Part shown: positions 1 through 6,648 of the stretch, one piece after another | Position numbering within the stretch: position 1 is the first letter of the stretch | How the letters are laid out: every line of letters starts with the position of its first letter | DNA from: an uncultured Clostridia bacterium | Lineage (GTDB): Bacteria > Bacillota > Clostridia > Oscillospirales > Acutalibacteraceae | Direction: 5' to 3' | NCBI GenBank assembly: GCA_947626485.1 | Contig: CANQSG010000001.1 | Location: 1,109-65,108, forward strand | DNA length: 64,000 nt | Position numbers and translations under genes: made by a program | The notes under the pieces: generated by a model | Told to the model about the DNA's origin: nothing | Databases searched by the model: none | What the model saw: only the letters and a program-made list of their open reading frames with translations

Positions 1-2024
1 TAGTCGGTTTTCCGCTGATGGATCCAGGTCCCGACCCGATTTCCCTCGCTGTCGACGTATCTGGAGGAAACGTCTAAATTGCCATGCGCGGCTGCGTATC
101 TTTTCGCGGCCTCGTATCCGTGCTCCCAAATTTGTTCGTTTCGATTGCCCCAGCGCATCCCGTAGGCATCCAGCCTGGCGATCTGCGCGTCGCTGAGATA
201 ACTTTGGACATCCTTCCGGCTGCTTCGACGCAGCTTCGAAATCCACATTCCGAGGTTAACGCCTTCCGCATCTGTATATTGCACAGGCACGTCGAGATTC
301 CCGTGCGCGCGGTAGTAGCGCTCGACCGCTTCCATGCGGCTGTCCGCCCAGGAGGTTTTCACGTCCCACACCATGCCGATTTGATTCAGCGCGTTTATTT
401 TTTCCTTCTGTAAATAGACGGAGGAGCCGTTTAATTTGCGGCACCGGCGGAGATAGGCGATCCACGTCCCGAGCGCAACACCGTCGTCGGTCACCCATTC
501 GCACGGCACCATCAAATCCCCGTGCGCACGGTAATAGCTTTCCGCCGCCGCATAATACTTGTTCCAGCTTCTTTCGGTTTTGGTATCCCAAATCATGCCG
601 ATGGCGTCGAGCTGTTTCACCCGCGAAGCGTCCGGCCCGTTCGCATTTTCGCCGCGATACTGCCTGCGCTGGGCGTTGACCCATCTTCCGAGGGAATACC
701 CTTCCTCGGTGCGGTAGTTGTACGGCACGTTCAGATCCCCGTGCGCCTCGAAATACGCTTTGGCGAGGCCGTACATCACATCCCACGAAGCGTTGAGCGC
801 GCGATCGAGCTTTTGGAACAGCCCCCGGCAATTCCGGAGCTCGTCGATGACGTCAAAACGGTCATTGACGACGCTGCCGCTGTCGCCAAAGCTGCGGTAA
901 TAGGACAGCGCTTGCTGCATTTCCTCTCTGACCGCGTCGATCGAATACAGATTGTCAATATTCATGACGATGTCAAAGATGACCGCGTCGCGTTTGCCGC
1001 TCGCAGACAACGCGCGGCCGATTTGCTGCTTATAGATGATCGGAGAAACCGTCGGCCGCAGGAGGATCACGCCGCTCAAGCCCTCCACGTGAATGCCCTC
1101 GTTGAGTGCGTCGATGCAGTAGAGCAGCCGCAGGTGGCTCTCGCTGTCGTCGGCCTTAAAGGCTTCGAAATCGCTGCTTGTCGTCGGGTCGAGCGAATAC
1201 ACGGAATAAATCCGGGGAGACGGGTCGATTCTGCCGAACCATTCCCCGGCCTTGGCCTTCATCTCCTGCATGTGCTTGTTGTCAGAGCAGAACACAACGT
1301 ATTTCCCGCAGCGGTCGCTTATATGCTTTTCGAATATCCTGTCAAGGCCGTCGGCGTTTTCCAGCGCCCGGCGCAGCTTTTCCAAATACAGCTCCGCCTC
1401 GTCCCGCTGCGCCGGATTCGGCACCTGCCTGACCCTGCGGCGATAACGCGCCAGCTCGTTTTGATAGGAATAAACCGTCGTGACGTACCGGGGCGGATTG
1501 AGGATCCCGCGGACGATGGCGTCGCCCAGCGTCATCTCCGAGGCGACGTTCCCGGCAAACAGCTCGTCCGCCATGTTGCGGCGGTTATCCAGATACCGGA
1601 TGGCAGTCGCCGACAACCCCAACACCGGAACGTGCGGATAAAGCGACAGAAGCGTCTGAACGCCCTGCCCCCACAGCTCGGCGCCGCAGCGGTGAAACTC
1701 GTCCAGCACGATGTAATCGGGGTAAATCTCCCCCATCTCGCCCTCGTCCATACGCATCAGCCGCGCGTAGGTGCAGAACTCGACGTTATCCGGCTCATAG
1801 CCGTCAGACGCTTCCTCCAGGTTCTGAAGCTGCGTCCGGAAGATATATTCGGAGGGGGAAAGCCAGAAAATTTTAGCTTTCGGGAAGTCCTCGCAGAGTT
1901 TAAAGCCGATAAAGGATTTGCCGGTGCCGGTGGGGTGAATCACAGCGGCCTTGCCGGTGCTTTGCAGCAGATGCAAAGCCTTTTCGTAAGCCTCGGCGTT
2001 GTGTTTGAAAAGCTCGATTGCCAC
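1..2024 (-). CDS. SF2 DEAD/DEAH-type helicase fused to tandem helicase-associated (HA) domain repeats; C-terminal end lies beyond position 1
   Basis: Hand translation of the minus strand. It is absent from the ORF track because there is no stop in the window. GTG at 2024-2022 lies 7 nt after GGAGGG. Walker A HPTGTGKS and motif II VLDEFH are present, followed by at least 4 copies of W..Y..A..Y...HG(D/N)L.VP......G..LG.W. The + ORF 522..2279 is its antisense shadow. Confidence 0.85.
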   Translation of the reverse strand, partial: MAIELFKHNAEAYEKALHLLQSTGKAAVIHPTGTGKSFIGFKLCEDFPKAKIFWLSPSEYIFRTQLQNLEEASDGYEPDNVEFCTYARLMRMDEGEMGEIYPDYIVLDEFHRCGAELWGQGVQTLLSLYPHVPVLGLSATAIRYLDNRRNMADELFAGNVASEMTLGDAIVRGILNPPRYVTTVYSYQNELARYRRRVRQVPNPAQRDEAELYLEKLRRALENADGLDRIFEKHISDRCGKYVVFCSDNKHMQEMKAKAGEWFGRIDPSPRIYSVYSLDPTTSSDFEAFKADDSESHLRLLYCIDALNEGIHVEGLSGVILLRPTVSPIIYKQQIGRALSASGKRDAVIFDIVMNIDNLYSIDAVREEMQQALSYYRSFGDSGSVVNDRFDVIDELRNCRGLFQKLDRALNASWDVMYGLAKAYFEAHGDLNVPYNYRTEEGYSLGRWVNAQRRQYRGENANGPDASRVKQLDAIGMIWDTKTERSWNKYYAAAESYYRAHGDLMVPCEWVTDDGVALGTWIAYLRRCRKLNGSSVYLQKEKINALNQIGMVWDVKTSWADSRMEAVERYYRAHGNLDVPVQYTDAEGVNLGMWISKLRRSSRKDVQSYLSDAQIARLDAYGMRWGNRNEQIWEHGYEAAKRYAAAHGNLDVSSRYVDSEGNRVGTWIHQRKTD

Positions 2025-2170
2025 TGTGACGCCCTCCCTTTCCGACGAATTGGAGTTTTCCGAATATCCCAAAGCCGGGTCTTTTCAACGTTTTTAGGCA
2101 TAAATAAGCCCATGAAAACAGACAAGTTTCCATGGGCTGAAATTCTTGTCTATTTATCGCCTGCACCCGT

Positions 2171-2197
2171 TTTCGCAAAGTACGTTACTTTGCGAAA
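2171..2197. repeat. 27-bp near-palindrome TTTCGCAAAGTA-CGT-TACTTTGCGAAA (copy 1, upstream of integrase)
   Basis: Read directly: 12-bp perfect inverted arms around an asymmetric 3-nt centre. Its reverse complement matches 3605-3631 at 26 of 27 positions. Confidence 0.85.
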
Positions 2198-2412
2198 GTT
2201 GAGATTGATTTATTATAGCATGTTCTTGGTTCCCTGTCAAGAAAACAACGCGTTTTTATTGCAGAAAATTAACCCATAATAGCGTGTATGCTTACCGAGT
2301 GGCGCGTTTAAGCCGACAAAGACGTTTTTTGCGCAGTCAAATGCGCAGTCGAGAAATATAAGATTATTTGCTAAAATGAATTTACAATTATTTTGAAAGG
2401 AGTTTTGGCACA

Positions 2413-3525
2413 ATGGCAAAGGGCGAAAATATTTTTAAACGAAAAGACGGACGTTGAGAAGCGCGCTATATGAAAAGCAGAGATCCGTCCGGCAAAATTT
2501 ATTATGGCTTTTGTTACGGAAAGACATACCGGGAAGCAAAAGAAAAAGCGGAACAATCAAAAGTTTCCATTGTAAGCGGAATTCCGATCACACAGAATGA
2601 AAAAATCACGCTCTCGTTCTACTGCGCACAATGGATTTCCGCAAATCGGCGGCGTTGGAAGGAATCGACATACGCCCGTTATTGCACGATTCTTGAACGA
2701 TACATTCAACCGCAACTGGGAAATTACCTCCCGCAAAATATCACGCTTTCGGTTCTCGGCTCGTTTTCGGAAACGCTGTATACGGAATTCCATTTGTCAC
2801 CCAAAACGATACGGGATATTTTGGCGACGCTGCACAGCATCCTGAAATTCTTCTCCTGCGAAAAGCCGGAGCTGCCTTCCTGTACAGAGTTTATTTACCC
2901 GAAGGAGCAAAAGAAAGAGGCGCGGGTTCTCACGATCGAAGAGGAAAATCGATTGATTCATTATCTCCTCAGCGATATAGACACTTGTAAATTCGGCGTG
3001 TTACTGGCGCTTTTGACCGGGATCCGAATCGGCGAGCTCTGCGCTTTAAAATGGGAAAACGTTTCGCTGGCCGAACACACGGTTCGGATTGTTGCCACCA
3101 TGCAACGCATCAAAAATGAAAGCGCTGACGAATCCTGCAAGACCAAAATTATTGTCGGTTCCCCTAAAAGCGATCACTCCTCCAGAGTGATTCCGCTGTC
3201 CGAACTGGCCTGCAAATTGTGCAACAAAATGCTCCCACGGGAAAGCAATGCCTATATTCTGACCGGAACGTCTGCTTACATGGAGCCTCGCATCCTGCAA
3301 TACCGTTTTGAAAAATACTGCGCAGCCTGCGCGCTTGACGGCGTCCACTTTCATACCCTGCGGCACACCTTTGCCACGCGATGCGTAGAGGCGGGATTTG
3401 ACGTGAAATCGCTGTCCGAAATTCTCGGACATGCGACCGCAACCATCACGCTCGAACGATATGTTCATTCTACCATGGAGCAAAAGGTCAACAACATGAA
3501 GAAGCTCGCCGTGATCGGATTATAA
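2413..3525 (+). pseudogene. Full-length tyrosine integrase reading frame interrupted by an in-frame TGA at 2455-2457
   Basis: ATG at 2413 lies 9 nt after GAAAGGAG and encodes MAKGENIFKRKDGR-TGA-EARYMKSRDPSGKIYYGF, in frame with the 2470 ORF. The stop sits where the conserved Trp of the integrase arm-binding motif KRKDGRWEARY is expected. Confidence 0.65.
2470..3525 (+). CDS. Tyrosine-type site-specific recombinase/integrase (ORF from internal ATG)
   Basis: ORF track, 351 aa. Catalytic signature present: LTGIRIGEL (Arg), HTLRHTFAT (His-x-x-Arg), LGHATATITLERYVH (His, Tyr). Confidence 0.85.
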   Translation: MKSRDPSGKIYYGFCYGKTYREAKEKAEQSKVSIVSGIPITQNEKITLSFYCAQWISANRRRWKESTYARYCTILERYIQPQLGNYLPQNITLSVLGSFSETLYTEFHLSPKTIRDILATLHSILKFFSCEKPELPSCTEFIYPKEQKKEARVLTIEEENRLIHYLLSDIDTCKFGVLLALLTGIRIGELCALKWENVSLAEHTVRIVATMQRIKNESADESCKTKIIVGSPKSDHSSRVIPLSELACKLCNKMLPRESNAYILTGTSAYMEPRILQYRFEKYCAACALDGVHFHTLRHTFATRCVEAGFDVKSLSEILGHATATITLERYVHSTMEQKVNNMKKLAVIGL

Positions 3526-3555
3526 CATTTTCCGCAGTCAAAAACAAGTGTCGAT

Positions 3556-3601
3556 CCCCGCTAAAATATTCCGAATGCCGAATATTAGCGGGGATTTTTT
3601 T
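3556..3601 (+). terminator. Rho-independent terminator of the integrase gene
   Basis: CCCCGCTAA...TTAGCGGGG stem followed by ATTTTTTT. Confidence 0.75.
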
Positions 3602-3604
3602 ATT

Positions 3605-3631
3605 TTTCGTAAAGTAACGTACTTTGCGAAA
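3605..3631. repeat. 27-bp near-palindrome TTTCGTAAAGTA-ACG-TACTTTGCGAAA (copy 2, downstream of integrase, inverted relative to copy 1)
   Basis: Read directly. It equals the reverse complement of 2171-2197 except for one C/T difference. The central trinucleotide is inverted (ACG versus CGT). Confidence 0.85.
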
Positions 3632-3668
3632 TATGTTCGAACATTTCACTCTTTTACAGTTATAATAA

Positions 3669-3704
3669 AACCGGTCAGTCAGAAACTGGCCGGTTCTTTT
3701 ATTT
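3669..3704. terminator. Bidirectional-looking hairpin with T-runs on both strands in the ORF-free part of the island
   Basis: AACCGGTCAG-tcagaaa-CTGGCCGGTT (one G-U pair). It is followed by CTTTTATTT on the plus strand and TTTTATTATAA on the minus strand. Confidence 0.45.
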
Positions 3705-4092
3705 ATGGAATACCATTGTGAGCAAATGCAGTCATCTCAAAGCCTTATCCACCGCGCTGCCCTGATCTTATACTACATCAACTTTGCTGTGATCCCATTT
3801 TCTCTCACATCATTTCATGGTACGCTATTGTTTCTTCGTTGAGCATAACAATATTTCCTTTCCGGTACGAGTGATTTGACACAGGACAGAAAATGATCCT
3901 GAAAAAAACGCCCTTTGAAATTTCTTCCAAAGAGTGTTCTCATACTCGGTAGGCACTATATGGCGCCTCAACCGTACAACAATTCATACTGCGCCACAAT
4001 CCTTCGCAAAAACCACGAAAATTGCTGTCAATTTGTTGTCAACTCGGATTCTGGGAGCCTAAAACCCGCATAAATACCGGGCTTTTACTCGA

Positions 4093-4140
4093 TGGGCTTC
4101 TTTGTCGGGAAGCGCAGGAAGTAAATTGCAAAGCGTAGTA
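4093..4140. repeat. 48-nt non-coding repeat, copy A (partner at 38290-38337)
   Basis: Position-by-position comparison gives 41 of 48 identical bases. Weaker similarity continues about 20 nt upstream. Confidence 0.8.
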
Positions 4141-4461
4141 TTCGGTCATAAGCCGTGATAAGCCACGTTATATTCCGTGATAAAAAGGCCGTATTGTCCG
4201 ATGTAAATTTTGGTGTAAGCACTTTATTGTTACCCAAACCACACTGTCGCGTTGCGGCTTGCAATCGCAGCCTTGTCTTTCGCACCCAACGACCACAGTA
4301 TAGCACAACGTGATGTGGATTTCTACCCCCCCCAAATTACAAAAAGCCCATGAAATCACTATTGAGAGCAAAAAAGAGGTGATATAGAAATCCTTCATGC
4401 GATCAGCGGCAAGCACTGCCTTCGTCAATGTGGGAAAGCGCGCTGTATGGGGTGCGGGCTT

Positions 4462-4491
4462 ATTAAAAGCTGCCGTCCGTGAGGGCGGCAG
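4462..4491 (-). terminator. Terminator hairpin downstream of the ROK gene
   Basis: CTGCCGCCC-tcac-GGACGGCAG on the minus strand, followed by CTTTTAATAA. Confidence 0.5.
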
Positions 4492-4507
4492 TTTGTTTGT
4501 CCAAAGG

Positions 4508-5500
4508 CTATTGCTGCAAACCGTTTAAGGCGATGCTTAGGGCGGCAAGGTCGCCGAGTTGTTCGCCAAGTGCTGCCGGGAGGATTCGGCAGGCTTTTCG
4601 GGCGTTTGGCAGGGCCTCGCGCGTCAACACCTCCGACATCGAGGGGCGCAGCAGGGCTTCCTGCCGGGCGTAGATGCTGCCGATGACGATGACCTCCGGG
4701 TTTAACAGATCCACCAGCAGGGCGAGCGCCGCGCCCAGCTGCCGCCCGCTTTGGCGCATGATTTCCAGCGCCGTCGGGTCGCCCGCCGCCGCCGCCTCGG
4801 CTACGGTTTTGGCGGTCAGAGAATCGAGCGCTCGCGGGGAGGGGCAAAAGGCGCAGGAAAGCCCCCGTTGAAACCGCTCGGTCACCACCATGCGTGCCAA
4901 CCCGGCAATCCCTCCGCCGCTGCAAAACCCCTCAAACGAGCGCGCCTTGCCGTAGCCCACCGGGCTGTAGGGCGTCTCAAACAGCGGCGAGCGGCAGTGG
5001 CCGATTTCGCCCGCCGCGTTGGTGCTGCCGGGGTACAAGGCGCCGTTCAAAATCAGCCCCGCGCCGAGGCCGGTGCCGAAGGTTAAAAAAATCATGTTTT
5101 TGACGCCTTTGCCGGCGCCGAATTTCCACTCCGCCAGAGCGCAGGCGTCGGCGTCGTTCTGCAAAAAGGCGGGGACGCCCAGCGTTTCCCGAAAATAGGC
5201 CGTGACGGGCACCTCGTCCCACCCCGGCAGGTTGGGCGGCGAGAGAATAACGCCCTTCTCGCCGTCTAACGGGCCGCCGCAGCTGATTCCGACGGCCTGC
5301 ACTGCCCCCGGGGCAAGGCCTGCCTCGGCCGTGAGCTCCCGATAGGCGTCCGCCATTTGCTCCAGCGCCGGGCGAGGGCCGCCCGCCGGGGTGGGAAAGC
5401 GGCGGGCGCGCTGTATGTGCAGCGTCCCATCCGGCGACAGTTCGGCCAGGCTGACCGAAATTTTGGTGCCGCCGATATCGAATCCGACCAAGTAGTTCAT
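4508..5500 (-). CDS. ROK-family sugar kinase
   Basis: True start is MNYLVGFDIGGTK at 5500 (GGGAGG RBS); the ORF-track N-terminal extension is spurious. DIGGTK and GEIGH motifs are present, but the canonical CxCGxxGC zinc motif is not. Confidence 0.85.
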   Translation of the reverse strand: MNYLVGFDIGGTKISVSLAELSPDGTLHIQRARRFPTPAGGPRPALEQMADAYRELTAEAGLAPGAVQAVGISCGGPLDGEKGVILSPPNLPGWDEVPVTAYFRETLGVPAFLQNDADACALAEWKFGAGKGVKNMIFLTFGTGLGAGLILNGALYPGSTNAAGEIGHCRSPLFETPYSPVGYGKARSFEGFCSGGGIAGLARMVVTERFQRGLSCAFCPSPRALDSLTAKTVAEAAAAGDPTALEIMRQSGRQLGAALALLVDLLNPEVIVIGSIYARQEALLRPSMSEVLTREALPNARKACRILPAALGEQLGDLAALSIALNGLQQ

Positions 5501-5527
5501 TGTTTCATTCCTCCCTGCCGCCTTCCC

Positions 5528-5557
5528 ATTATATACCCGATCCGGCAGGATTGTCCA
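5528..5557 (-). promoter_or_regulatory. Sigma-A-like promoter upstream of the ROK gene (TGGACA-18 nt-TATAAT)
   Basis: Hexamers read on the minus strand: -10 at 5533-5528, -35 at 5557-5552. Confidence 0.45.
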
Positions 5558-5565
5558 TTGATTTT

Positions 5566-6582
5566 TTACCGAAAAAGTTCGTCGGTGAAGATCGCGTTCG
5601 TAAACGCCCGCTTCCCCTGCGGATTTTCGAGCTCGATGCGGATATATTCGTCGTCGGGGCAAACCGAAAACACGGCTTCCGTCAGCCATTCGCCCTCTTT
5701 CGCATATCTGACCTCGCCTCGTCTGTATTTGGTTCGAAGGCGCAGGGTGCGGCAAGGGCTGCATTTCAGATGCACCTCGTTGCCCGTAACGGAAAGCGCT
5801 TTGATTTCCGCCCCGGTGGACGAATAAAAATCGCCTTTCAAAAGGGCATCGATCAGGGCGGCGTGGCTGAGCTCCTTCGCCTTTACCATGACGTATCCGC
5901 AGCAGCAGACGGAATAAGGGTCGCCCGGAGGCGTCGCCCGGTGGCAATCGTCCGTCGCCGTGCAGAACAGTCTTTTTCCCTGCTTTAAGAGCATATCGTA
6001 ATAAATCGCTTCGTATTCTTCCAAGCCCGACTTTGCGCTGCCCGTATTGTAAATTTCAATGCCCCAAAGCCCTTCAAAGCCCTTTACCGTTTCGGGCGAA
6101 AGCAAGGACCACGTCGGATGGTTGAGCATGACGAACATATCGTTTTCGTTCGCCGTTTGAATGATCTCGTTAAAGCACGCGATCGTATGCGCTTTTTTAT
6201 AGTCGTGATCTCCGACGTATTGAAATTTGGGCTCCAAGGCAAACTGACTTTCCAGCCACAGGTTATCGTGGCTGTAACAGACCATTTTGTAATTGCCCGC
6301 TTTTTTCGGAAACAGATTCATGTGGCAGGAGGCGATCCGGTGGCTCCAGGGGCCGCCGTTGTTGATCGCGTATTCATAGCCGGGTAGGATGATAAATTCC
6401 TCGTCGTTAAGCTCCGTATGATCTACCATAAATTCGTGGTCGGTGATGGCGACGGCCGAATAGCCGTTCGCCTTATAAACGTCCTTCAGCTGCTGCGGCG
6501 TCAGCTTCCCGTCGGATTCGGTCGTGTGGGAATGCAGGTTGACCTTATACAATTTGTCGCTTTCCGAAAAAAACGTTTTCAT
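5566..6582 (-). CDS. PHP-domain metal-dependent phosphoesterase
   Basis: N-terminus VNLHSHTTESDG...AITDHE (HxH...DH PHP signature). AAAGGAG RBS. Confidence 0.8.
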   Translation of the reverse strand: MKTFFSESDKLYKVNLHSHTTESDGKLTPQQLKDVYKANGYSAVAITDHEFMVDHTELNDEEFIILPGYEYAINNGGPWSHRIASCHMNLFPKKAGNYKMVCYSHDNLWLESQFALEPKFQYVGDHDYKKAHTIACFNEIIQTANENDMFVMLNHPTWSLLSPETVKGFEGLWGIEIYNTGSAKSGLEEYEAIYYDMLLKQGKRLFCTATDDCHRATPPGDPYSVCCCGYVMVKAKELSHAALIDALLKGDFYSSTGAEIKALSVTGNEVHLKCSPCRTLRLRTKYRRGEVRYAKEGEWLTEAVFSVCPDDEYIRIELENPQGKRAFTNAIFTDELFR

Positions 6583-6648
6583 GCGCTTGCTCCTTTCAAA
6601 AATCCGAAAGCTTTTTGGCGCTGCGTTCGCGCCCGGCTTCCCTTCCGA

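Noticed and set aside
522-2279. 585-aa ORF on the plus strand
   Set aside because: It is the antisense frame of the helicase gene. The composition is Arg/Val/Ala/Pro-rich with no motifs, whereas the minus-strand frame gives textbook helicase motifs.
2455-2457. TGA decoded as Trp genome-wide (genetic code 4 or 25)
   Set aside because: TGA works as a clean stop with translational coupling at several genes here (25875, 39391, 44063, 51116, 62413), and the genome is GC-rich. A local nonsense mutation or leaky stop is the better reading.
4120-4150. tmRNA-like tag region (ACTACGCTTTGCA on the minus strand resembles ...NYALAA coding)
   Set aside because: There is no in-frame stop and no tRNA-like acceptor or T-arm (no GGTTCGAATCC-type motif). 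The sequence also occurs twice, which is not expected for ssrA.
4085-4428. Small minus-strand ORFs of 73 and 86 aa in the island
   Set aside because: They have no RBS, odd composition and mutual overlap, so they are treated as non-coding. A decayed pseudogene cannot be excluded without a translated search.
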